A stretch of DNA of 64,000 nt from Deltaproteobacteria bacterium. Its GTDB lineage: Bacteria; Desulfobacterota; Binatia; Bin18. A model generated the notes under the pieces. It searched no databases. It was not told the DNA's origin and saw nothing but the letters and a program-made list of their open reading frames with translations. Made by a program: the position numbers and the translations under genes. The first letter of the stretch is position 1, and each line of letters opens with the position of its first letter. Location of the stretch: assembly GCA_016874775.1 (NCBI GenBank), contig VGTJ01000004.1:4896-68895 (forward strand), given 5' to 3'. Below, piece by piece: positions 44,946 to 55,119 of the stretch.

Positions 44946-47900
44946 ATGCGACCACAAAAACTCACACTCAAAAACTTTATGCCCTTTCGTGCTGCCAGTG
45001 GTGAAGCGCACGAAGTCGATTTTTCTAACCTTGACCTTTTTGCCATTACTGGTCCGATGGCGAGCGGGAAGTCGTCATTGATAGATGCGATTGTCTGGTG
45101 TCTCTACGGACGCACAGCCCGCTATGGCGCGGATTCCAAAGGGGTCGTTTCCGCTGGTGAAACGCTCTGTGAGGTGTCATTTGATTTTACTGTCGGCGAT
45201 CGCTGGTTTCGAGCTGTGCGTCGTACTGGAAAAACTACAGAGTCTGGGTTGAGCGAACGCGAAGGCGAAGAATGGATTCAAGATGCCTCAGGCTCTGAAC
45301 GCCTTACGGGCCGTATTGAGGAGCTGTTAGGGCTCGACTTCGATGGCTTTACCAAGACGGTGATTCTGCCGCAGGGGCGCTATGCGGAGTTTCTCAGCAG
45401 CAAACCAAGTGATCGCCGTGAATTACTAGCGAGCATTCTTGAACTCGGTGTGTATGCTCGTGTGTCCGAACGCGCACGTGAGGTTGCAGGGCAAGCCAAA
45501 GCTCGGGCAGATGCCCTACGTGAAACCCTCTCGCAGTATGCAGGTGTGAGCCAAGAACGAGTTGAACAACACCGCCAAGAACTTGCGACACTTGAGCAGC
45601 AACTGACTGAAACGACCAGTCGGGAAGCGGTTTTTCAAACATTGATGCAACGCGTTGATACTCTGATGACACTTGTTCGTCGTCAGACGGAGTTGCACGC
45701 CGAAGCGCAAACACGAACGAATGAGAAGGAGCGAGCAACGCAAACTCTTGTAGCGGAGGAGACAGAACTTCAGTCGCTCGCTCAGAGACTCGCGCAAATC
45801 GCTACAGACCGCGATGCGCTTGGGTATGACGCTACTCGCCATGACGTGCTTCGACGCGCAGTCGGACATTTGCGAGAGTACCATACGGCACAACTCGAAA
45901 CTGAGCGTAAACAACAAGAGTTGTCGCTCCTCCAGCGAGATATTGAGGCGCTTGTTCAGCGGCTTGCAACTCAAGCACAAGAAGTGGCCGCCAGAGAACA
46001 AGAGCGACTTGCCCATGCTGCTACGCTACAAGCTGAGATTGCCCAGAGCGGTGATATTGCGGCTCTGACCGAAAAGTTGTCCCAGGCGAAGCGATGGAAA
46101 GAGTTGCACCACGAGCAGCAACGATTGCAGGAACAAGAGAAAAAGCAGAATGAAAAATTGCTGCAAGTTCAGCAGGCACTCGCAACTCATCGTCAACAAG
46201 AAGAAACAAAAGACCAGGAACTTCGGACCTTGCAGCAGCAACGCGAGCGCTTGCGAGAAGAAGAACAAGAAAAGGCACGTTTAGAAGACGAAGCGAACGT
46301 ACTGGGAAAAGCGTTACAAGAAGCGGTCCGCGAAGAGAAACGACTTGTGAAGGAATGTGAGGACGCGCGTGCTGCAGCAGTAGTCACAGAGCAAGAACTG
46401 CAGCAGCAGCACAGTGCCCTTGCACAAGCGGAACAGCGAGAAAAAAACGCAGTGCGTGACTTGGAGGAAACCCGCCGCCGCTATGAAGTCGAGCATTTGC
46501 GCGCCTCGTTGCATGTTGGTGAGGCGTGCCCGGTGTGTGAAGTCACAGTTCAACGAGTACCGGAAATATCCGAGTTAGCAATGGGTGATCTCGGGACCCT
46601 ACAACGCTCAGTGGAGACCACCAAGGCTGCAGCACAGAGCGTACGTCAAGCACTGCAAAAATCTCACGCGACTGTCGCAGCCGCAGTCACCAAGACAGAG
46701 TCGATTGAACGAGAGCTTGCTATACGTGTACAGAAGCGCCAGGAAACGCAGGAAGGGTTTGTGAGTCGTTTCCCAGGATTTGCATCCCTAGCGACTGCGC
46801 TCGCTAGCGTACAGCAACAACGGCAAACTCTTGTCGCCGCAGTCAAAGAGGCCGAAGGAAAGGCGCAAACTGCGGAGAAAGAGAAACTAGCGCTGACCCG
46901 GCAACGAGAACAGGGACAGAAGGAAGAAGCGGCTCTGCAGGAGGCTCTACGTAGTCTGACAGTTCAGCTGGAGACGAACAACGCTCAGATTGCCGAATTG
47001 GCTCAGACCCTCGCTGCATTCCTAAAGACTGGCGATGATCCAGAGTCCACATTAACTGCGCGGCGGCAACGGCTTGTTCAGATCGAACAACAAGTGGAAA
47101 CGACAGAGCAACAACAACGTGCACTTGAATCGGCTCTGGCGGCAGAACAGACCAAGAAAGTCCAGCAAGAAGGAACTGCGGGTATTCTGGTCTCTCAAAG
47201 AGACGCCGCTACACAGCATGCTCTTCGTGAAGCGCATGCCGTGCGCGACAATCTCAACCTTGCTGCCGACGCAATTTTACCCGAACTTACTACGCTTGAG
47301 AGCGAGCTGGTGACACTAACCGAGAAACAGCAACGGCATGCGGCTTTCTTGCAGCAAGAGAAAACACTACAAGATGAACAAGGAAAACAGGACCGATCCG
47401 TGGCGGGCCTCCGAGCGGATTTGCACGCCCGTGAGCGAGCGGTAGCAGAAACGCAACAGGGTGTGACGAAATGTGAGCAAGAACTAAGTCGGTCGCGCCA
47501 AGACCTACGGAAAGAAGTAGCAAAAGCCGGGCTGTCCGATATTGGTGAAGATGGGCAAGGGTTGAAAGAACAGTTCGCGAGTATTCATGCGCAGGAGATT
47601 TCCATTCGTGAGCGTCGCAGTCGGCTGGAAGCTGAAGTTGCAGAACTCGAACGGCGATGTGCGGAAAAGGGCCAAGAGGAAGAAAAACTGCGCGCCGCCG
47701 ACACCGAAGGACGGTTAGCGACTGATCTACACAAGTTGTTGGGATCCGAGTTCACCGATTTTCTCTCGCAGGAAGCCGTGGAAGCGCTGATGCGCGATGC
47801 GACATTGCATTTGCAGCGCCTCACACACGGTCGCTATTCCTTCGATATTGCCTATAAACGCCGAGCGATTGAACTGCTCATTGTTGATCATGAAGACAAC

Positions 47901-48230
47901 AAACGCGAGCGACCGACCCACTCACTGTCAGGAGGTGAAACGTTCCTCGCCTCATTAGCCATTGCCCTTGCTCTCTCGCAAGGCTTCCGTGAACTTGCCA
48001 CAGGCAAAGCCGCTCGTACCTCGACCGAATGTCTCATTCTCGATGAAGGTTTCGGTACGTTAGACCGTGAAGGCGTACAGCTTGTGACCGAAACGCTACA
48101 AGAGTTGCGTGGCGAGGAAGGGCGCATGGTTGGGATCATTACCCACGTCGAAGAAGTCGCTGCCGCTATGCCGATGCGTATCGAAGTGAAGAAGGGAAGT
48201 CGCAGTAGCGTGATTAATGTGACAGGGTAA
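44946..48230 (+). CDS. sbcC: Exonuclease SbcCD, ATPase subunit C (Rad50/SMC-like)
   Basis: Walker A is GPMASGKSS. The coiled-coil spans about 800 aa and carries the zinc-hook CPVC at nt 46527-46538. The signature is LSGGETFLASLA, Walker B is LILDEGFGTLD, and the H-loop is IITH. Confidence 0.9.
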   Translation: MRPQKLTLKNFMPFRAASGEAHEVDFSNLDLFAITGPMASGKSSLIDAIVWCLYGRTARYGADSKGVVSAGETLCEVSFDFTVGDRWFRAVRRTGKTTESGLSEREGEEWIQDASGSERLTGRIEELLGLDFDGFTKTVILPQGRYAEFLSSKPSDRRELLASILELGVYARVSERAREVAGQAKARADALRETLSQYAGVSQERVEQHRQELATLEQQLTETTSREAVFQTLMQRVDTLMTLVRRQTELHAEAQTRTNEKERATQTLVAEETELQSLAQRLAQIATDRDALGYDATRHDVLRRAVGHLREYHTAQLETERKQQELSLLQRDIEALVQRLATQAQEVAAREQERLAHAATLQAEIAQSGDIAALTEKLSQAKRWKELHHEQQRLQEQEKKQNEKLLQVQQALATHRQQEETKDQELRTLQQQRERLREEEQEKARLEDEANVLGKALQEAVREEKRLVKECEDARAAAVVTEQELQQQHSALAQAEQREKNAVRDLEETRRRYEVEHLRASLHVGEACPVCEVTVQRVPEISELAMGDLGTLQRSVETTKAAAQSVRQALQKSHATVAAAVTKTESIERELAIRVQKRQETQEGFVSRFPGFASLATALASVQQQRQTLVAAVKEAEGKAQTAEKEKLALTRQREQGQKEEAALQEALRSLTVQLETNNAQIAELAQTLAAFLKTGDDPESTLTARRQRLVQIEQQVETTEQQQRALESALAAEQTKKVQQEGTAGILVSQRDAATQHALREAHAVRDNLNLAADAILPELTTLESELVTLTEKQQRHAAFLQQEKTLQDEQGKQDRSVAGLRADLHARERAVAETQQGVTKCEQELSRSRQDLRKEVAKAGLSDIGEDGQGLKEQFASIHAQEISIRERRSRLEAEVAELERRCAEKGQEEEKLRAADTEGRLATDLHKLLGSEFTDFLSQEAVEALMRDATLHLQRLTHGRYSFDIAYKRRAIELLIVDHEDNKRERPTHSLSGGETFLASLAIALALSQGFRELATGKAARTSTECLILDEGFGTLDREGVQLVTETLQELRGEEGRMVGIITHVEEVAAAMPMRIEVKKGSRSSVINVTG

Positions 48231-48345
48231 CCCTTGCGTGCCGTTAGTCTTTCCAGATCTCGAAATTGTCCAAGCGCTGACTGGACAATGAGAGCTGGGC
48301 GAGTTGCTGTAGACAAGTAGGGTTAAGGGAAACGGAGAGGATGTC

Positions 48346-49452
48346 ATGAAGAAGCGGCAAGGCTCTTCCTCGCGTAAGGTTACCTCAACTTCGCTTGCCG
48401 TCTCATTTGCTGAAGTTGTTGATCTTATCCAGCAGGCCCGCCAACGTGCCTTTCGTGCCGTCAATACTGAGTTGATTGATTTGTACTGGCAGGTAGGCGA
48501 GTACATTAGCCAGCGAATTGATGTTGATGGATGGGGAAAATCCACCATTTCATCTCTTGCTGCCTACATACGGTCAGCTCATCTTAACTTGCGTGGGTTT
48601 TCCCCTCAAAACCTTTGGCGGATGCGCCAATTTTATGAGACCTATCGCGACGAGCCAAAACTCTCGCCACTGGTGAGAGAATTACCGTGGACGCACAATT
48701 TGCTTATTCTGAGTCGTGCCAAACGCCCCGAGGAGCGTGAGTTTTACCTTCACTTAACTCAGCGTGAACGATGGGGAAAACGTGAACTCGAGCGTCAGCT
48801 CCAGAGCGCTTTGTTCGAGCGCACTATTCTAAACCCGCCAAAAGCTGCGGCTGCACTACGAAACTCTCATCCGGAAGCAGTGGATGTCTTTAAAGATGCC
48901 TACGTTGTTGAGTTTCTCCAGTTGCCTCAAGATCACTCCGAGGCCGATCTGCACCGCAGCCTCATAGCTAAATTGAAGGATTTCCTCATCGAACTAGGCC
49001 GGGATTTCTGCTTTGTTGGTTCCGAATATCCCGTCCAAGTCGGCGGACGAGATTTTTCTCTGGACCTTCTCTTCTTCCATCGAGGTTTGAACAGCCTGGT
49101 AGCTATTGAATTAAAAGTGAATCGGTTTGAACCTGAGCATCTTGGCAAGTTAGAGTTCTACCTTGAAGCCTTGGATCGCGATGTGCGCAAACCTCACGAG
49201 CGCCCGTCTATTGGGGTGCTCCTGTGCGCCACCAAGGACAACGAGGTTGTCGAATACGCTCTCAGTCGCTCTCTATCGCCTACACTCATTGCCGAGTATC
49301 AAACTCAACTGCCTGACAAAAAGCTGCTCCAGAGCAAACTTCATGAGTTCTATCAACTTGCCCAGTCGCCTGAAGAGCCCCCAGCGAAACAGCGTTCACA
49401 AAGAAGCGGGACATCTCCTCGTAAAAAGGGAAGGAAGAGAGATAAGTCATGA
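48346..49452 (+). CDS. DUF1016 (YhcG-family) PD-(D/E)xK nuclease domain protein
   Basis: N-terminal helical region VNTELIDLYWQVGEYI and LPWTHNLLIL. The C-terminal nuclease core is GRDFSLDLLFFHRGLNSLVAIELKV. Confidence 0.8.
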   Translation: MKKRQGSSSRKVTSTSLAVSFAEVVDLIQQARQRAFRAVNTELIDLYWQVGEYISQRIDVDGWGKSTISSLAAYIRSAHLNLRGFSPQNLWRMRQFYETYRDEPKLSPLVRELPWTHNLLILSRAKRPEEREFYLHLTQRERWGKRELERQLQSALFERTILNPPKAAAALRNSHPEAVDVFKDAYVVEFLQLPQDHSEADLHRSLIAKLKDFLIELGRDFCFVGSEYPVQVGGRDFSLDLLFFHRGLNSLVAIELKVNRFEPEHLGKLEFYLEALDRDVRKPHERPSIGVLLCATKDNEVVEYALSRSLSPTLIAEYQTQLPDKKLLQSKLHEFYQLAQSPEEPPAKQRSQRSGTSPRKKGRKRDKS

Positions 49453-50225
49453 CCACCAACAATCGCATTGATGTCTATCTGATCTGTAACGCCAGATTTC
49501 ACGACACCAATTTCGCTCGCTTAGAGTTACTGAAGCTCTTGGCTGAGCACGAAGATGTGATGGTGAGAGTTGGGGAGGATTATCGCGACCTCGACGCTAT
49601 CAACCAATCTCAGCTCTTAGTGACATACACATGTAATGTCGCTCCGGCACCCGAGCAACAGGAAGGGCTGAAGCAGTTTCTGACCAACGGCAAGCGTTGG
49701 TTTGCGCTACACGCTACCAATGCCTTAGTCGAGTTTGTCGGTCCAGAACGGAAAGTTGGCGATATTACCATCCCTGGTGCCGCCGATACGCCGGACAGAG
49801 CTCCGAAGTTCATGGAGTTGCTTGGCAGTCGTTTCATTGCCCATCCGCCACAACAAAACTTTCATGTGACGGTGTCAGACCCGATGCATCCGCTGGTACG
49901 CGGCATTCAAGCGTTCGACGTGTACGACGAGCCGTACTACTGCGAGTATTTCGGAAAAGTTCACACCTTATTGGAGTCGCGTTACACAACCAAAGCGACG
50001 GGCTACGTACGAGAAGACTGGGACAAAGACGAGTCACGACCACAGTTCTATCTCCATCCGTATGGCGCAGGTGAGGTATTGTACCTGACACTCGGCCACT
50101 GTCGCGGCAAGTACGACATGCAACCGATCATGCCCGTGTGTTCGGTTGAACGCTGTGCGTGGGAGTTACCAGTTTACTATGAGTTACTGCGTCGTGGCAT
50201 TCGCTGGGGGATTGGGTCATTGTAG
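49449..50225 (+). CDS. ThuA-like domain protein
   Basis: ThuA-like layout (VYLICNARFHDTNFARLELLKLL, KRWFALHATN). A 4-nt ATGA overlap links it to the DUF1016 gene. Confidence 0.65.
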   Translation: MTTNNRIDVYLICNARFHDTNFARLELLKLLAEHEDVMVRVGEDYRDLDAINQSQLLVTYTCNVAPAPEQQEGLKQFLTNGKRWFALHATNALVEFVGPERKVGDITIPGAADTPDRAPKFMELLGSRFIAHPPQQNFHVTVSDPMHPLVRGIQAFDVYDEPYYCEYFGKVHTLLESRYTTKATGYVREDWDKDESRPQFYLHPYGAGEVLYLTLGHCRGKYDMQPIMPVCSVERCAWELPVYYELLRRGIRWGIGSL

Positions 50226-50283
50226 TTGCAATTAACACGCATTGCGTGTTGAATCTCTCAGCCAAAAGGGTTGGAGGATGATT

Positions 50284-51222
50284 ATGCTCGGGAATGGCTT
50301 GGCGTATGTGGCGTTCGTTGTGACGGATGTTGAAGCAACAGCGGCGACCCTTGTTCGTGACTTTGATCTCCATCGCACTGACTGCACTGTAGGTGATAGT
50401 CAACGTACAGCACCCGTTCTCAGTGTTGGTGAGAGTGCGTTTGCCCTGTTTGCTCCTGATGATCCGTTTCTCGGTGGTCCGGCGAAGGCTGGAGTGCATC
50501 ATATTGCCTTGCAGGTAGATGACTTCCCGGCGGCAACAGCGTTCGTGGCCTCAAAAGGACTCTCTGATACGACTACGCCTCAAGTAGGACTCGGAGGCAC
50601 CCGTCGGTTGTTACTGCATGCACCTGCAACCGCCCATGTCCTGACCTATCTGTCTGAGCCGCTCCACGTGCAACCCTCACCTGCTGGATGGGTGGAGCGT
50701 ATCGACCATATTGGCATCGCTAGTAGTGACAATACGACTGCGATTGATGTGTTCTCTCATCGTCTGGGGTACGCACTCGAAAGTACACAAACTGATATGG
50801 AGGTCCAACTCGCAGTCGAGAGCTTTACCTCAGATAAGTATGGTGTTGTCTATCATACGCGACCGGCACAGCCGATCGGTGGAGTGCGCGTTGCCTTCAT
50901 TACCGTTGGTGATTGTGAACTGGAATTTTTGCAAGACCTCGATCCGCAGCTCAGTGTGCAAATCCAACACGGACAGGCTGGCAACACCAAACAAGATCGT
51001 AGCGCAATTGCTCGCTTTATTGCGACACGTGGGCCGGGACTGCATCATGTCGCACTCAAGGTGAAAAATATTAGTCAAGCGCTAGAGACTCTCGCTCAGG
51101 CTGGACATACGCTCATTGATACAGTTGGACGGCCAGGTTCACGTCGGTCTCACATCGCTTTTATCCATCCCAAAAATCTGCATGGCATGTTGATTCACTT
51201 GGTCGAACGGCCAGTGGGGTAA
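50284..51222 (+). CDS. Two-module VOC family protein (methylmalonyl-CoA epimerase/glyoxalase-like)
   Basis: GVHHIALQV in module 1, and IDHIGIAS plus GLHHVALKV in module 2. The start is set 6 nt after GGAGG. Confidence 0.7.
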   Translation: MLGNGLAYVAFVVTDVEATAATLVRDFDLHRTDCTVGDSQRTAPVLSVGESAFALFAPDDPFLGGPAKAGVHHIALQVDDFPAATAFVASKGLSDTTTPQVGLGGTRRLLLHAPATAHVLTYLSEPLHVQPSPAGWVERIDHIGIASSDNTTAIDVFSHRLGYALESTQTDMEVQLAVESFTSDKYGVVYHTRPAQPIGGVRVAFITVGDCELEFLQDLDPQLSVQIQHGQAGNTKQDRSAIARFIATRGPGLHHVALKVKNISQALETLAQAGHTLIDTVGRPGSRRSHIAFIHPKNLHGMLIHLVERPVG

Positions 51223-51227
51223 CCGGT

Positions 51228-51257
51228 GCCGGAAACGCTTGGCTTATTCCGGCCTAC
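51228..51257 (-). repeat. REP-like palindromic element, copy 3 (reverse orientation, 2 mismatches)
   Basis: The reverse complement reads GTAGGCCGGAATAAGCCAAGCGTTTCCGGC. It lies 6 nt after the stop of 50284..51222. Confidence 0.8.
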
Positions 51258-51361
51258 ATCTATAAACTTCCTTTGAGGACAAAGCGTGCTCAGTAGCCAC
51301 TGGTGCACTGTGCGCGTGTTTCTGCTACGAGAGAGAGCAATTCATCAAAGGAGGGAAAGCG

Positions 51362-52810
51362 ATGGCTGATGAACTTGCTGCTCTCGATGCAATGGCGCAG
51401 GCTGATCTGGTACGTCGTGGTGAACTGAAACCCATCGAACTCGTCGATCGGGCGATTGCACGAGTCGAAAAGCTGAATCCGCAACTGAATGCCGTCATTA
51501 CCCCACTCTTTGAAAAGGCCCGGTTACAAGCAAACGCGCCGACCCTTGCCACTGGCCCGTTTCGTGGCGTGCCGTTTCTCTTGAAAGACCTTGGCTGTCA
51601 TTCCGCTGGTGATCCGTACCATGAGGGCTGTCGCTTTGCCAAAAATGCGGGCTGGGTGGAAAAAGAAGATACCTATATGGCAGCGAAGTTACGTGCGGCT
51701 GGGTTCATCTTCTTGGGAAAAACCAATACCCCGGAATTTGGTACATTACCGACCACTGAACCTGTAGCATACGGCCCAAGTAGAAACCCATGGGATCCTA
51801 CACGTTCAACTGGTGGTTCCAGTGGTGGCTCAGCCGGTGCGGTGGCGTCTGGGATGGTTCCTGTCGCGCACGCTAACGATGGCGGTGGCTCGATTCGTAT
51901 CCCTGCGAGTGAGTGTGGCCTTGTTGGACTCAAACCGTCGCGTGGTCGTTTGTCGTGGGGACCGGACTATGGTGAGCTGTGGGCTGGGTTGGCCGTCGAA
52001 CATGTAGTGAGTCGATCTGTTCGTGACTCGGCAGCGATCCTTGATATTGTTGCTGGAGCCATGCCGGGTGATCCCTATTTTGCGCCACCGCCAGCCCGAC
52101 CATTTTTGCAGGAAGTTGGTGCTGAGCTGGGAAAATTACGCATCGGGCTAATGACGACGGCAGCAGGCGGCGCTATTAAGGTCCACCCTGATTGTGTCGC
52201 TGCAGTGACAGAGACGGCTCGCCTGCTGGAATCCCTCGGCCATCATGTTGAAGAGTCCTACCCCAAAACCCTTGACAATAATCACGAACGGTTTGCGCAT
52301 GTGTGGACCTTGGTCGCGAGTTCGGTAGCCGCAGTTGTTGAAGGGTGGAGTAAGCGGGTCGGGCGACCAGTAACCGCTGATGATCTTGAGCTGCATAACT
52401 GGACGATTGCGGAGATTGGGCGGACGAAAACTGCGGCACAGTATGTTGAAGCCGTGACCTGGCTGCAAGCGGATACTCGACGCATCGTGGCGTGGTGGAA
52501 CGAAGGATTTGATCTCCTTCTCACTCCTACATTGGCTGAACCACCTCCACCGCTTGGGCAGTTTGTTTCGACACGGAGTGATCCCCTAGCAGCTGCGCGA
52601 AGAACTGAGACGATTATTCCCTTTACTCCAGCGTTTAATCAGACCGGACAGCCCGCGATCTCTTTACCGTTACATTGGAGTAAAGAAGGACTACCGATAG
52701 GTGTCCATCTGGTGGCTGCGTATGGACGTGAGGATTTACTGATTCGTATCGCCGCACAACTTGAGCAAGCCAAACCGTGGGCAAATAAACGACCGGCGGT
52801 GCATGCATGA
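51362..52810 (+). CDS. Amidase (amidase-signature family)
   Basis: [14 protein letters not shown] signature with downstream GGSIRIPAS. Confidence 0.85.
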   Translation: MADELAALDAMAQADLVRRGELKPIELVDRAIARVEKLNPQLNAVITPLFEKARLQANAPTLATGPFRGVPFLLKDLGCHSAGDPYHEGCRFAKNAGWVEKEDTYMAAKLRAAGFIFLGKTNTPEFGTLPTTEPVAYGPSRNPWDPTRSTGGSSGGSAGAVASGMVPVAHANDGGGSIRIPASECGLVGLKPSRGRLSWGPDYGELWAGLAVEHVVSRSVRDSAAILDIVAGAMPGDPYFAPPPARPFLQEVGAELGKLRIGLMTTAAGGAIKVHPDCVAAVTETARLLESLGHHVEESYPKTLDNNHERFAHVWTLVASSVAAVVEGWSKRVGRPVTADDLELHNWTIAEIGRTKTAAQYVEAVTWLQADTRRIVAWWNEGFDLLLTPTLAEPPPPLGQFVSTRSDPLAAARRTETIIPFTPAFNQTGQPAISLPLHWSKEGLPIGVHLVAAYGREDLLIRIAAQLEQAKPWANKRPAVHA

Positions 52811-53172
52811 GCGCGACAGAACAGCGGCGAGACCAATCGCCACTTGTCGATGAACACCCTCAGGGGATGATCTCAAGCACCCAATGGGAGCGTGTCGCAG
52901 CGCTGGACGAGTTTAAAGCGCTCCTCGATGCGAAGCGCAAGTTTATTGTTCCGGCAACCATCTTCTTTCTGGTCTATTATTTTGCGCTTCCCATCCTTGT
53001 GGGGTATGCCCCACACCTCATGGAAACGAAAGTCCTCGGCGTCGTGAACCTTGCCTACGTGTTTGCGCTATCGCAGTTCTTCATGGCCTGGATTCTGGCG
53101 GCGATGTACCTACGTGCTGCTGGGCGGTTCGATGAGATGGCGAAGGATGTGGTTGATAAGGCGAGGCGTTAG
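52807..53172 (+). CDS. DUF485 membrane protein (YjcH-like, ActP partner)
   Basis: Two TM helices. F..L...RKF..P.T.FFL.YYF pattern. A 4-nt overlap with the amidase gene. It precedes the acetate-type symporter. Confidence 0.8.
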   Translation: MSATEQRRDQSPLVDEHPQGMISSTQWERVAALDEFKALLDAKRKFIVPATIFFLVYYFALPILVGYAPHLMETKVLGVVNLAYVFALSQFFMAWILAAMYLRAAGRFDEMAKDVVDKARR

Positions 53173-53183
53173 GGGAAAGAGAG

Positions 53184-53317
53184 CTTTGAGGCTTGAGACT
53201 AGAGGCTTGAGACTTGTGTAAGAAAACTAATCTCCAGCCCCATAATATGGACCTTAAACTTTGAACTTTGAACTGTCCTCTTAACAAGCCCCAAGCCTCT
53301 AGCCCCTAGTCCCAAAG
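53184..53317. repeat. Long imperfect hairpin (GAGGCTTGAG / CTAGAGGC arrays) upstream of actP
   Basis: ctttgaggcttgagactagaggcttgagacttg faces caagccccaagcctctagcccctagtcccaaag. Inner tttgaac/ttaaac repeats are present. Confidence 0.85.
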
Positions 53318-53354
53318 TGACAAACGTTAAACCTTAAGCTCAAAACTAAATGTT

Positions 53355-54914
53355 ATGTCCACAGCTTTAATCATGTTTCTTGTGTTCATCATCGTGACCC
53401 TAGGGATTACCTATTGGTCTGCGCGACAGGCCACTGGTGCGAATTCGTTCTTTGCTGCAGGTCGCCGCATGACTGCGTGGCAGAATGGCGTGGCCGTCGC
53501 TGGTGATTATATGAGCGCGGCGTCGTTTCTTGGCATCGCTGGGATCATTGCGTTCCAAGGGTACGATGGCTTTATGTATTCGGTCGGCTGGCTGGTCGCC
53601 TATCTCACCGTACTGCTCATTGTCGCAGAGCCGCTCCGCAATGCCGGCAAATATACGATGGCTGACGTGCTGGCCTATCGCTTGAGTCCGCGCCCGGTAC
53701 GCGCGATGGCCGCCCTTAGTACACTCACTGTCAGTACCTTCTATATGATTGCGCAGATGGTTGGTGCGGGTGCGCTCGTAGCGTTGTTGCTGAAAGACTC
53801 GGGCATTACCTATCACACCGCTGTCATCGGGGTAGGGGTGCTGATGGTTACCTATGTGGTGTTTGGCGGCATGCTGGCGACGACGTGGGTGCAGATCATT
53901 AAGGCAGTTCTCTTGATGGCTGGCACGGTTCTCCTCAGCATTCTCGTCTTGGCGCACTTTGACTTTAGCTTTAGTAAATTCTTCGACGCCATTGGTCATG
54001 TGACATATACCGAGAACGGAGTCCAGGTAACAAAGGACTTTCTCCAGCCTGGGTTGCGATTCAAGCCGCCATACGGAGCGCTCGACCTCATCTCGCTGAG
54101 TTTGGCTTTGATCTTCGGCACGGCAGGATTGCCACATATCTTAGTGCGGTTTTACACCGTGCCCGATGCAAAGACGGCGCGCATCAGTGTGGTGTGGGCA
54201 ATGGCACTGATTGGCAGTTTCTATATCATGACGACGTTCCTCGGATTTGGGGCAGCGACTATTGTCGGACGCGACGTGATTGCGGCCAACGGCGGCACCA
54301 ACATGAGTGCACCGTTACTGGCACAGACGTTAGGTGGCGAGGTGTTCTTTGCGTTCGTCGCGGCGATTGCTTTTGCTACGATCCTTGCGGTTGTCGCTGG
54401 ACTCACTATCAGTGCATCAACGTCTTTTGCCCATGATTTTTACACCAACGTGCTGCATCATGGCAGAGAACGAAGCCCTGGCGAAGAGGTCCGAGTCGCG
54501 CGCATCACCGCGTTTGTCGTGGGAGCGATTGCCATTGCCATTGCCATTTTGCTTGGACCTACTGCGAATGTGGCATTCCTGGTTGCGTTGGCTTTTGCTG
54601 TTGCTGCCTCAGCCAATCTGCCTGTGATTATTTTTTCGCTATTTTGGAAACGGTTTAATACCACAGGAGCAGTTGCTGGATTAGCCACCGGGCTTGCTGC
54701 CTCGATTCTCCTCATTCTCATCGGTCCAAGCTTCATGAAAGCAGAGGCAATTTTTCCGCTTGAGAATCCAGGGATTGTGAGTATCCCGTTAGGGTTCCTT
54801 GGTGCGGTCATCGGAACATTGCTGACTCGTGAACCTACTGCGGAAGAGAAGTTTGCTGAACTACTGGTGCGGGCGAATACGGGTCTGGGAGCGGAGAAGG
54901 CAGGGGGACACTGA
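53355..54914 (+). CDS. actP: Cation/acetate symporter (SSS family)
   Basis: About 13 TM helices. SSS blocks [12 protein letters not shown] and [12 protein letters not shown]. Preceded by the DUF485 gene. Confidence 0.85.
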   Translation: MSTALIMFLVFIIVTLGITYWSARQATGANSFFAAGRRMTAWQNGVAVAGDYMSAASFLGIAGIIAFQGYDGFMYSVGWLVAYLTVLLIVAEPLRNAGKYTMADVLAYRLSPRPVRAMAALSTLTVSTFYMIAQMVGAGALVALLLKDSGITYHTAVIGVGVLMVTYVVFGGMLATTWVQIIKAVLLMAGTVLLSILVLAHFDFSFSKFFDAIGHVTYTENGVQVTKDFLQPGLRFKPPYGALDLISLSLALIFGTAGLPHILVRFYTVPDAKTARISVVWAMALIGSFYIMTTFLGFGAATIVGRDVIAANGGTNMSAPLLAQTLGGEVFFAFVAAIAFATILAVVAGLTISASTSFAHDFYTNVLHHGRERSPGEEVRVARITAFVVGAIAIAIAILLGPTANVAFLVALAFAVAASANLPVIIFSLFWKRFNTTGAVAGLATGLAASILLILIGPSFMKAEAIFPLENPGIVSIPLGFLGAVIGTLLTREPTAEEKFAELLVRANTGLGAEKAGGH

Positions 54915-54920
54915 CAGGAT

Positions 54921-55100
54921 GAGTTTAAAGTGCAAGGTTTAAAGTCTATATGGTGAGGCTAGAGGCTTGAGGCTTGTCGGAGGAGAAAACGATGAATGAT
55001 GAACGATGAATGAAAACGTATACTCCTGTTTCTTGTCTGCCGTTCATCGTTCTGCGTTCTGCCTTCATCATTGGTTTTCCCTGCTGACTGCTGACTACTG
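54921..55100. repeat. Composite repeat block downstream of actP (TTTAAAG, GAGGCTTGAGG, GATGAATGA hairpin, CTGCTGA)
   Basis: gagtttaaagtgcaaggtttaaagtc; gtgaggctagaggcttgaggcttg; gatgaatgatgaacgatgaatgaaaacg facing cgttcatcgttctgcgttctgccttcatcatt; ctgctgactgctgactactg. Confidence 0.85.
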
Positions 55101-55119
55101 TTCCCGTTATGGAGGTTCT

